Positions 46,846 through 56,111 of a DNA stretch of 64,000 nucleotides are shown here, piece by piece (positions within the stretch are counted from its first letter, which is position 1; the number at the start of each line of letters is the position of its first letter). Both the position numbers and the translations under genes were made by a program. The DNA comes from an uncultured delta proteobacterium (GTDB lineage: Bacteria; Desulfobacterota; Binatia; UBA9968): assembly GCA_963847445.1 (NCBI GenBank), contig CAWJZV010000007.1:96001-160000 (forward strand), given 5' to 3'. A model generated the notes under the pieces. That model was not told the origin of the DNA, did not search any database, and was given only the letters and a program-made list of their open reading frames with translations.

Positions 46846-48042
46846 TCAAGTTGGCGGAATCTCACAGTGTGGCGGCCAGCTTGGCGATCGCCTGCGACGC
46901 GCCCTTGTCGGCGAGATCGCCTTTTCGTGGGCTACCACCGCATCGAAGTCGGCGTGGGGTTCGAGCTCGCTCTCCACGGCCCGCACGAAGGTATCCAGCC
47001 GGTGCAAGCCGTCAAGCTTGTCTCCGCCGCCGAGCTTTGCCCTATCGAGGGAGGTCCGAAGAAAATTGACCGATTCGTCATAGGTCTTCAACGGCACGGG
47101 AAACGGATGGCGATCTTTGCCGCCGTGGGCAAAGGAAAATCGCGCCGGGTCCGAGAAGCGGCTCGCCGCGCCATGCACCACCTCGGCAATTAACGCCAGC
47201 GACTGAAGCGTGCGCGGACCGATACCTTCGAGAAGCAGCAGCTCGGCGAACTGCCGTAAGTCGCGCTCATAGGCGACGGCAAGCACTGCGCCCAAACGTT
47301 TGAGATCGATGTTTTCCGCGCGTACCTCGTGATGGTTGGGCATCCGCAGGTGACGCGCGGCGGTTAGCGTCGTCTCCGGCTTTTCGCGAGCGATTTCCAA
47401 AAGTGCGCTTTGGGCGGGTCTTGCCTGTGCATCTACGAGATTCATTATGAAACCTTGATTCTCGCCGACAATGCCGGTGTGCGGTTCGGCCACGAAATCG
47501 TTGAGCGTGGCGGAATGCCAGTGATAGCGGCGCGCCATGCCGCTTCGATCGTTCAAGCCTTGCTGTACGACGGCCCATTCTCCATTCGCTGCCAGGACAA
47601 AACTATGGAGGTAGATCTGAAAGCCGTCGGCAATGGCATTGTTGTCGACCCGCGCGGTTAGGCGGCTCGCGCGCACCAATGCTTCGCCGTCGAATCCGCG
47701 ACGGTCGGCAATCCAGCGCAGTTCCTGGGGCGTGTTGCGCGAAAATCTGCCGCGACCGCCGCATATGTAAATGCCGATCTCATCTGCACGCGTCGCCAGA
47801 CCGCGCTTCAGCGCGCCCATGACCGATGTCGTGATCCCCGAAGAGTGCCAGTCCATGCCCATCACCGCGCCCAGCGCTTGGAACCAAAAGGGATCGCTCA
47901 GTCGTGACAGGAAAGCCGAGGAACCGTAATGATGAATGATGGCCTCGGTGATCGCCGTGCCGAGTTTAGTCATGCGTTCAGCGAGCCAGAGCGGCACGCG
48001 GCCGCCGTGAAGCGGCAGATCGGCGGTTCCGGAGCGTTTCAT
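46846..48042 (-). CDS. DUF763-family protein with replaced C-terminus
   Basis: ADLPLHGG.VP.WL, DWHSSGITT, ARRYHW, FAHGGKD. Confidence 0.88.
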   Translation of the reverse strand: MKRSGTADLPLHGGRVPLWLAERMTKLGTAITEAIIHHYGSSAFLSRLSDPFWFQALGAVMGMDWHSSGITTSVMGALKRGLATRADEIGIYICGGRGRFSRNTPQELRWIADRRGFDGEALVRASRLTARVDNNAIADGFQIYLHSFVLAANGEWAVVQQGLNDRSGMARRYHWHSATLNDFVAEPHTGIVGENQGFIMNLVDAQARPAQSALLEIAREKPETTLTAARHLRMPNHHEVRAENIDLKRLGAVLAVAYERDLRQFAELLLLEGIGPRTLQSLALIAEVVHGAASRFSDPARFSFAHGGKDRHPFPVPLKTYDESVNFLRTSLDRAKLGGGDKLDGLHRLDTFVRAVESELEPHADFDAVVAHEKAISPTRARRRRSPSWPPHCEIPPT

Positions 48043-48140
48043 ATCGTGACTCTACGGTATCTCGTTAGGTGGCCAATTCAATCAAGCGAATGGGCAAAGC
48101 AACAACGGACGCGAACTTTTTTTTACAGCCTGATGACCGC

Positions 48141-48809
48141 GCTATTGGTTGACTCTCGGAACTGATTTTACCACCGACGAGTTTCGCCGAGCTTGAAGAT
48201 CCAGGCACGTGACGCATCCATGTTGCGGCGGTGGAAATCGGCTAGTAACCGTTGCGGTGGCTCATCGAGCGGCTCTTCCGCGAGATCGAAGGTGCCCCAG
48301 TGGATGCCGAGTAGCACGCGGGCGTTGAGGTCGATGAAGGCCTGCACCGCTTCTTCCGGCGTCAGGTGCACAGCTTTCATGATTTCCGGAGGTTGATAGG
48401 CGCCGATAGCGATCGCCGCGATGTCGAACGGACCGAGCCGCTGGCCGGCTTCCTTGAATCCCGCGAAATAACCGGTATCGCCGGAGAAATAAAGTCGTCG
48501 CTCGGGGCTCAACACCGCCCATGACGCCCACAGTCGTTGGTTCGCATCCGACAATGTTCGTTGGGAAAAATGCTGCGCCGGCACGCAGGCGAATTTCACG
48601 GTGCGATATTCGCGCTCCTGCCACCAGTCCATCTCTTCGACCCGGGTCATGCCGTTCTCCGCGAACCACGCCTTGAGACCGAGCGGAACCAAAAAGAGCG
48701 GATCACGCGCCTCGGCAAGGCGCTTTACGGTGTTGAGGTCCAGATGGTCGTAGTGATCGTGCGAGATCAACACCACATCGATCCGCGGCAAATCTTCGAA
48801 TGCCAGCCC
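48141..48809 (-). repeat. 669-bp direct repeat of 42743-43411 (3' part of the MBL gene)
   Basis: Colinear at offset 5398; about 7 substitutions and no indels by eye. Confidence 0.95.
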
Positions 48810-49066
48810 TCGCCCTCGATCCACCTGACTTTCATGGCTTTTTCGAAGCCTATCTGGGAAATCACTGGTATCTGTTCGATGCCACGCGACTGGCCCCGCT
48901 GGCAGGACTTGTACGCATCGGCATGGGCCGCGACGCTGCCGATGTGCCATTCGCGACGATCATTGGAGCGGCGACTTTAAAAAATAAAGTCGTATTGGCT
49001 CAGGAACTGACCGAGGAAATTCCACAAGAGGTAGCCGCGGTCGAGCCAGCGGTTTCCACGGCCTAA
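48810..49066 (+). pseudogene. 5'-truncated transglutaminase-family gene
   Basis: PPDFHGFFEAYLG..WYLFDAT...RIGMGRDAADV is the C-terminal half only. Confidence 0.8.
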
Positions 49067-49328
49067 GGGAAATGACCGGCATGGGCGCGCGATATGATGC
49101 GCAAGCCGGGCTAATCCCTCCGCTGTCTTCGTTATAGACTCTCCCTTCAATTGACACCAGCAGAGCTACCTCAATCATTCTTACGACTCGCAGCAAGAGC
49201 GCAAGTTTAATCCCAACCCTGACTTGACGACTCACCGCCTCGGCGATATAGCTCGCGTCAAAAAACTGCTTGTTTGAATTTCTTATCTTTCTATACGGAC
49301 AAACCGGATAACGTCGTAGGATCCCGTC

Positions 49329-51356
49329 ATGCAGTTCGCTGCCACTCATCATCGCCCGCTGTCAGCGCAAGTCCGTCTTCGCGCCGATGTGCGCCGAACC
49401 ATCCTCACGGATGAAGCCGTGTCATTCGAGTTCACGCTGGTCGGCCTCGAACCGCGCACCATGTCGGCGGTGGTCCTGCAGGAGTTGGCACCCTCCGGAT
49501 GGATCGATCACAGCACGATCTGGACGCCGCCGCAGCAACCCAGCGGCAGCGGCCGCGTGCGGCTGCACGCGGGCTCCACGGCCATCCGCTGTCGGCTGTC
49601 GTCGTTCGACAATCGCGCCAAGCCCGCGTTCACGCCGCCCCTTCCCGTCGACACACGCGAAGCCCCGCGGATTCTCATCCTGCTATCGATGGGCGGAGCA
49701 TGGACTGGGGCGCCACCGACTCCGCCGGGAAACCCGAACGCACAGGCGGTGCTCGCGGATCACGGTATCAAGGTCGACGAAGCCCGGTGTCGGCTTCGGG
49801 GCATCTCCTCGGAGCTGATCAGAACGCTGACGACCAATCGCAACGTGCAATGTAACGACCTCTGCGACGAAAACTGCACGAACTTCTTAGAGCACCTCGG
49901 TCTCAGACTGATGAACGACGAAAGCCTGGCGAGCGAGCTCAAGAGCATCCGCAATTCCGGCTACTGCAACAGGCGCAGCAACGACGAAGGCCTCGCCAAC
50001 AAGATCGTCGTTGGCAAATGGGAGAACTCCGAGCTCGAGCCCGTGCGTCCCGCCGGCATCCGGACCTGGGAGGACATCCTCGACGAGTACCGCGCCGACG
50101 GCGGGCGACACGTCATCCTCGTCGGCCAGAGCCATGGCTGCGCCAAGTTCGCCGGCATGACGAGAGACCACTGGCGGTGGGGTAATGATTTGTCGGTCGA
50201 CCTGTTCGTCTCCTGGGACGGCGCTGACCTCGGGGGAGGTGTGTCCAGCGTCGGCGACGTGCCGAAGACTGTGCTCGCCTTCTATCAGCGTGACGATCTC
50301 GCGCATTGGCAGAACGGCCAGCACATCGAGCAGGCCACCGAGGAGCACGACCTGACGAAACTTCTCAGCCACAACGCCATCGCGCGCAGCGCCTTCGTGC
50401 ACGACAAGACAACGACCTTCATCCGCGACACCGTCAGCTCGGTGCGCGGCAAGGCCCGTGGCGGCGATGTTGCCACTTACAAAATTGATGCCGGCGGCTC
50501 CCTCGGCGAGCGCATCGAGCTGCGCCGCCTATCCGCCGATTTATCACCGACGTTTGCCAGTCGGCTCGGCGAAACCAGTTATCTGCACTTTCTCGCCCAC
50601 GAGAGTGGCCGGGCGATCACGCGGCGGATCGACGACCACGGCATGCTCGCCGCGGTAGCCAGCGAAGCCACTCTCTCACGGGGACTCACGGCTGCAACAT
50701 CCTTCACGATTGGCGACAGCGCATTGGCGCTGCTCGCCAGCGCGGACGAAAACAACACGGCTATCAGGCGTCTCGGCACGGATGGGTCGATCGGGCCGCG
50801 AGTCTATCCCGGGACTATCGTCGAGCAAGCATCAAGCCTCTTGAAAGGGACATGGGATCAGGTTTGTGCTTTTCGCGCAGGCAATCGCGCGTTCGTGGCA
50901 CTTGCCGGTGCGAGCGAAAATCTCCGCATCGTGCGCCTGCAGACGAACGGGCGGCCCGAGGCAGTGGTGTCGAATCCCGCCGGGGTCTTTGGCCTTGGCC
51001 GGCTCATGGCGATCGCATCGTACACCATTGGGGCATCGACCTTCATGTTCACCTTCGGGGACGGCCAATCGGTCTATCGGATGAACGACGACGGCTCACG
51101 CGGCTCGCGGGTGTGGCACGAAGCCCCTCCGCTGGCGCAGATAACCGTCGCCACCGTCGTTGCCCATCTTCGTGTCGGGACCGCACAATCGCTCTTGCTG
51201 CTCGACGCACTTGGCGGCCTGCACATCCGTCGTATCGCCGCCGACGGTAAGATCGGCGAGACTCTATACCGCGCAAACATCGGACGCATTGGCCGACAGT
51301 CGATCGCAACCTATGTGATCGACGGCGTCGGCTACCTGCTGGTCCTCACGCGCTAA
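49329..51356 (+). CDS. Alpha/beta-hydrolase-like domain plus six C-terminal beta-repeat units (start uncertain)
   Basis: VILVGQSHG nucleophile elbow; six repeats of the type I.R+..DG..G. Confidence 0.65.
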   Translation: MQFAATHHRPLSAQVRLRADVRRTILTDEAVSFEFTLVGLEPRTMSAVVLQELAPSGWIDHSTIWTPPQQPSGSGRVRLHAGSTAIRCRLSSFDNRAKPAFTPPLPVDTREAPRILILLSMGGAWTGAPPTPPGNPNAQAVLADHGIKVDEARCRLRGISSELIRTLTTNRNVQCNDLCDENCTNFLEHLGLRLMNDESLASELKSIRNSGYCNRRSNDEGLANKIVVGKWENSELEPVRPAGIRTWEDILDEYRADGGRHVILVGQSHGCAKFAGMTRDHWRWGNDLSVDLFVSWDGADLGGGVSSVGDVPKTVLAFYQRDDLAHWQNGQHIEQATEEHDLTKLLSHNAIARSAFVHDKTTTFIRDTVSSVRGKARGGDVATYKIDAGGSLGERIELRRLSADLSPTFASRLGETSYLHFLAHESGRAITRRIDDHGMLAAVASEATLSRGLTAATSFTIGDSALALLASADENNTAIRRLGTDGSIGPRVYPGTIVEQASSLLKGTWDQVCAFRAGNRAFVALAGASENLRIVRLQTNGRPEAVVSNPAGVFGLGRLMAIASYTIGASTFMFTFGDGQSVYRMNDDGSRGSRVWHEAPPLAQITVATVVAHLRVGTAQSLLLLDALGGLHIRRIAADGKIGETLYRANIGRIGRQSIATYVIDGVGYLLVLTR

Positions 51357-51571
51357 CCATGACTCACGGGCTCTACTCGAAAGTTCGATCGAGTCTGGGC
51401 GCGACCCAACAGAAATTGACGGTGAGAGCTGCACATGAACAAGTATGGAGCGCTGAGGCAACTGGCCATATTCTCGGTTGCAAGCTTAGCGCCAGACCAT
51501 CTGGGTTAGCGAGAAACAACCTTTGGTCCGTATGGCTGAAAAAATTCTTCTAGCGGGCTTTACTGCTGCCG

Positions 51572-51965
51572 TCAAATTTCGCTGGCAGGCGGCGAGAGTT
51601 TGGCCTGAGGAAAGGTGGCGCTAAGCACCCAGTCATCGTCCGAATGCAGGACGCGCACCTCGGCGCAATGCCCGATCGCTGCCGCGAGGCTGCCGCCGGT
51701 TTTGGCCTTCTCCAATGGTACCGCCGCGGCCATTAAGCAAACCTTGCCGACCGCCGGCCCGCCGTCCTGGCGTAACCGATCGATAGTCTCGAGCGCAACG
51801 CGGCTACCGAGTGAATGGCCGATGAAATGGACAACGTGAAGATTGGGCATGGAATGAAGATGGCGCGCCAAACACCATCCCGCTTCTCTCTGACGTCTCC
51901 ACGGTCGCGGCATAGATGAGAAAATCCGCATAGTCCAACCAGCCCCACCATGCGGCGTCGCCAGG
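51572..51965 (-). pseudogene. Internal fragment of an alpha/beta hydrolase (DUF900-like)
   Basis: HFIGHSLGSR, LMAAAV, LHSDDDWVL; joined to RAYT stub C. Confidence 0.65.
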
Positions 51966-52248
51966 CGACACCAGTAGATGGTAATGTTTGCTCATCAAGC
52001 AGTATGCATATTCTTAACTTTGCAAAGCCGGCGATTTGGCGAGCAAGTCGAACAAACTTCGCTGTCCTTTATCGGCCGGGATGAGTCCTGCGCGGTTGGC
52101 CAGAATCGATGACGCGGTCAATTGCCCCGCGATATTGCATGCGCATGGATCAGGTCATGAGGATCGTTTATTTCATGCTTGGTCATCTGTCTAGAGTTAA
52201 CGTTTACAATCGGTTTGTTCTTCGATGGGGCAAGGCAAGACCTGACCT
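51966..52248 (-). mobile_element. Decayed RAYT N-terminal stub C plus REP half-site
   Basis: AYCLMSKHYHLLVS; shared GGATCGTTTATTTCATGC upstream; GCAAGACCTGACC at 52235. Confidence 0.75.
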
Positions 52249-52291
52249 CGGGGACAATGCATGACCAACTCTCGGCCCAACGCGCTTTTAC

Positions 52292-53365
52292 TCAACGCTC
52301 CCATCTTTTCCGGGATACCACTTCGGCGATGGCGGTCGAAGTCTTTATGGCGCCCTTGGCGACTAGCTGGACGAGAAACTCGGTTGCGGCGCGTGCGCCG
52401 GTTGCGTTGGTAACTCGCTGCGCGGCGGCTGAGACCTGCTCGACGGTCGCGATCGCTGTGCCGGTCAGTGCCGAAGTGGCGCTCCCCGTGGTGTTCTTCG
52501 CGGCGTTCCAAATCACCACTCCGATCCGCTCCGCGCCTTGCTTGGCGACCGAGCCGAGCATACCGGCTGCTTCCAGCGTTGCTGTATGCCGCAGGGATTT
52601 AGCAGCGGGCTTGATCACGCTGCCGCAATAGCCGCTGGCGAGACAGCCGATTCTCAGGGTGAGAAACGCGTTGACCGTGCCATCGACACAGGACGTCGTG
52701 ACCAAACTAGCGACCTGTGCGAATCCGGGAATCGCGGCGACGACCGAGTTCGCTAACACCGGCGCAAGCAAGGGCTCGATCAGTTCGCTGAGGTCCATAT
52801 CCTCGACATTCTGTGCCACGAATGCCGCAGCAGCAACGTTGCCGTAGAGCGCAATAAGATCGCCTGACGCGGGCCGCTGCCAATAGAGGTGGGCGATCTG
52901 CCAAACCAAGCGACACTGCGTTACCAAGACCATCAGGCCATCGAGCCGGCCCGACTGCGAGACTGCGGTGCTCAGAAACACTGCCATGGCGGTATCCGCG
53001 GTTTTTTGACGGGAGAGTTGAGCCAGTTCCGCAAGAGCGGGTCCGACGGTCGCAGCCGTAAGTTGCCGGTTATTGAGATTTCTGTTTCGTCGAAGGCGCT
53101 GCGCAAGCTCTTCCAAGTACGCGGCTTGCGCGGAAGCGTCTTCTGGGGGCGGCGGAACAAGCCGCTTTGGAAGCCGAGCGAAAGTAACGACGGGAATGAG
53201 AATGCAGGCGGCGTATAGAGCCAGCAGAAACCAAAGCAAAGCCTGCCCCATCAGCGGATGCACGGCGCTCACAAAGGCGACGGTTTCCCTGGTCTCGCGG
53301 GCAATGACTAGCGCAACCGCTATCAGCACAAGGATGGCGACCGGTATGAGTATGCGTTTTAGCAC
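52292..53365 (-). CDS. YcjF/DUF697-family membrane protein
   Basis: VFLSTAVSQSGRLDG, RP, GTVNAFLTLRIG. Confidence 0.8.
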   Translation of the reverse strand: MLKRILIPVAILVLIAVALVIARETRETVAFVSAVHPLMGQALLWFLLALYAACILIPVVTFARLPKRLVPPPPEDASAQAAYLEELAQRLRRNRNLNNRQLTAATVGPALAELAQLSRQKTADTAMAVFLSTAVSQSGRLDGLMVLVTQCRLVWQIAHLYWQRPASGDLIALYGNVAAAAFVAQNVEDMDLSELIEPLLAPVLANSVVAAIPGFAQVASLVTTSCVDGTVNAFLTLRIGCLASGYCGSVIKPAAKSLRHTATLEAAGMLGSVAKQGAERIGVVIWNAAKNTTGSATSALTGTAIATVEQVSAAAQRVTNATGARAATEFLVQLVAKGAIKTSTAIAEVVSRKRWER

Positions 53366-53431
53366 GACGCCTGCAAAGATACTTTAGTTAAGCGCTACCG
53401 ACAAGTTTCCGATGGTAGACCAAACGCTCTT

Positions 53432-55016
53432 CTAGCTCGGCTTGATTAGACCGGCGCGAAGAATTTTCCCGACCGCGCTTTTCGGTAGGCTTGCGGCGAA
53501 CTCAATGTCGTGAGGGATTTTATACGGGGCGATTTGTCCGCGCAGGCTTTCGCGGATGGATTGGGCGAAATCAGCCGACGGTTTGTAGCCGTCGGCCAAG
53601 ACCACGACGGCGTGAATCCTATTGCCGATATCGCTATCGGGTATCGGCACGACCGCGGCTTCGATGATCGCGGGGTGCTTCTGCAGGGCGTTTTCGATTT
53701 CGGTCGGGGATATGAAAATGCCGCGGCTCTTGAAGCAGTCGTCGCGCCGGCCGGCTATGTAGAAGTAGCCTTCGCTGTCCTGATAGGCGAGATCGCCGGT
53801 GAGATACCAGCCGTTTCGAATCACCGCCTCGGTTCGCTCCGGGTCTTTGTAATAACCGAGAAACAGTCCCGGATCCGAGGTCGAAATCGCAAACTGGCCG
53901 AGCTCGCCGCCGACCACGGGTTTAAACTCGTCGTCGAGAATCGCCACGCCGACTCCCGGAAGTTGTTTGCCGACCGATCCCGGTTTAACCGGATCTCTCA
54001 CGCCGTTGCCGATCACCAGTTGGTATTCGGATACCCCGTAGTGCTCGTACAATTCAGAACCGACCCGCCGCTTCCATTCCGCATAGGTCGCCTCGCGCAG
54101 AGCCTCGCCCGTCGAGTGGGAACAGCGCAGGCTTGTTAGATCGTGCTGCTTCTCGAACTCGGGCATCGCGAGCAGGCGGCGATAAATCGTCGCGACGCAA
54201 TGGAGCACGGTGACTTTGAACCTCTCGACAGCAGTCAAAACGTTTTCCGCTGTGGCGCGGCCGGGAAGGATCGCACCGGTGACCCCGTTGCGCAGCGGGA
54301 AAAGCAAATTGTGGCCCAGGGCGCTGATAAAGCTCCATTCGCCAGTGGCCATGACCACGTCGTTCTCCTGCGGCGGCAAACGGTAGCGGTTCAAATCACC
54401 GAGTGCGACAATCCAGCGATGGGCATGAACGATACCTTTGGGTTTGCCGGTCGTTCCGGAGGTGTAAACGATGAAAGCGGGCTCGTCGCTGCGCGTATCG
54501 GCCGAAACCACGGCCGTGGAAGACTTTGTCTCCAACCTTGCGAATGGAATTTCACTCCCGTCCGCTTCGCCGGCGCAAACGACGTGCTTGAACAAAGTCG
54601 CTGCCGCGCAGTTCGCGCACGGCGTCATGGCGCGATACTTCGGTGAAGATTAATCGCGGTCTGGTTTGCTCGAGCACGGCGGCCAGCTCGACTGCGGTAA
54701 GCAGAGAGTTGACCAGAACGGGAATCACGCCGAGCTTGACCGCTGCGAGAAACGCGACGGCAAACTCCGGCGAGTTGCTCATCTTGATGAGCACGAGATC
54801 GCCGCGCTGCAATCCCAGATCGAGCAAGCCGGCGGCCACGTGAATCGACCCGTTGCTGCAACGATTCGTAAGTGACGACTCCGAACTCGCCGACGAGCGC
54901 GATCCGCGCACCGCAACCGCGCGCGATCGGATCGTCGAGCACATTCGTGCGCGAGATTCAATTTTTCCGGCGCCACGCGATAGTTGTCCGCGCTGATTGG
55001 AGGAAGAGTCGATCAC
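53432..55016 (-). CDS. Acyl-CoA synthetase (AMP-forming, benzoate-CoA-ligase-like), frameshifted
   Basis: YTSGTTGKPKG, YGVSE, TGDL, GRRDD, PKSAVGK. Confidence 0.88.
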
Positions 55017-55019
55017 CGG

Positions 55020-55934
55020 CTATTTCTTGGGTTTCTTTGCCGGGCCTTTTTTCGGAAACGGCCAGTCGGCATCGTAGGGATAGGTATAGCGCGGCGGGCG
55101 CTTTTCCACGAAGGCGCGCATGCCCTCTTGGCAGTCTTTGGTTCGGGTGATTTCCAGCACGGCATCGAGCTCCTGCTGATAACCTTCGTCGGTGCGATTC
55201 CAGTTCCAGTACATTTTCACCAGCCGTTTGGCTTGCCGCACGGACAAATAGGGATTTGCCGCGATGCGCCCGGCAAGAGCGAACGCGGTATCGAGAAGCT
55301 TGGCCGCCGGCACGACTTCTTCGACCAGACCGATGCGCAATGCTTCTTTGGCGTCGATGATCTCACCGGTGAGAATCAGACGCATCGCTCGACCGATGCC
55401 GATCAACTTGGGCAAATTGCGCGCGCCGCCGCTTTCGGGCACGAAGCCGGCCGGCACCGCCACTTCGCCGAAGCGCGCGCGATCCGAGGCGATGCGCATG
55501 TCGCACAGCGTCGCCATCTCGAGACCGACGCCGACCGCCGGGCCGTTGATGGCGGCGATCGTCACTTGCGGTAAATCTTCGAGCTTGCGCATGGCGCTCT
55601 GCAACACCCGGTGGCGCAGATCGTTGAAAAAGTACTCGGCCATCTCCTTGTACGGGCCAGTGATACCCATGGAACCTTCGAAGGCGCCGAGCACGTCGCC
55701 TTCCGACTTGAGATCGCCGCCGGCGCAAAAGCCCCGCCCTTCGCCGGTCAGAATCACGACCTTGACGATGGAGTTGCGCGCGATCTCGCTGCATAAGGCA
55801 TCGAGCTCCAGGCGCATGAGCGGGTCGACGGCGTTGAGTCTCTCCGGGCGATTCAAGGCGATGACGCCGATGCACGGTTCGCCGGGGTTATTAGGGTTGT
55901 CGTGCACCGACCATTTGAGCGCTTTGTAATCCAT
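55020..55934 (-). CDS. Enoyl-CoA hydratase/isomerase family
   Basis: LNRPERLNA, FCAGGD, AINGPAVGVG, EGMRAFVEKR. Confidence 0.9.
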   Translation of the reverse strand: MDYKALKWSVHDNPNNPGEPCIGVIALNRPERLNAVDPLMRLELDALCSEIARNSIVKVVILTGEGRGFCAGGDLKSEGDVLGAFEGSMGITGPYKEMAEYFFNDLRHRVLQSAMRKLEDLPQVTIAAINGPAVGVGLEMATLCDMRIASDRARFGEVAVPAGFVPESGGARNLPKLIGIGRAMRLILTGEIIDAKEALRIGLVEEVVPAAKLLDTAFALAGRIAANPYLSVRQAKRLVKMYWNWNRTDEGYQQELDAVLEITRTKDCQEGMRAFVEKRPPRYTYPYDADWPFPKKGPAKKPKK

Positions 55935-56111
55935 CGAGGGCTCCTGCGGACGATTGATAGAGTGCGTCGATCTTTTCGACCACGTGACATCCCCTTGGCA
56001 AAGAGAGATCGACGGGAATTGCGGGTTACCCCGGTGAGCGAAAATCCCTCTACCTGCCGTCATCAAGCGGCGAGATCGATTTAGATGCTCGAAGCACCCG
56101 TTCGAAACTTC

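Noticed and set aside
46850-46910. Inverted copy as an amplification chimera of 40610-40660
   Set aside because: The copies differ by several substitutions, whereas a chimera should be near-identical.
48141-48809. Repeat pair as a diversity-generating retroelement template/variable region
   Set aside because: No reverse transcriptase gene, and the differences are few, mostly synonymous and not adenine-specific.
48960-49352. Minus-strand 130-aa ORF in lower-GC DNA
   Set aside because: Overlaps the transglutaminase remnant and has no motifs.
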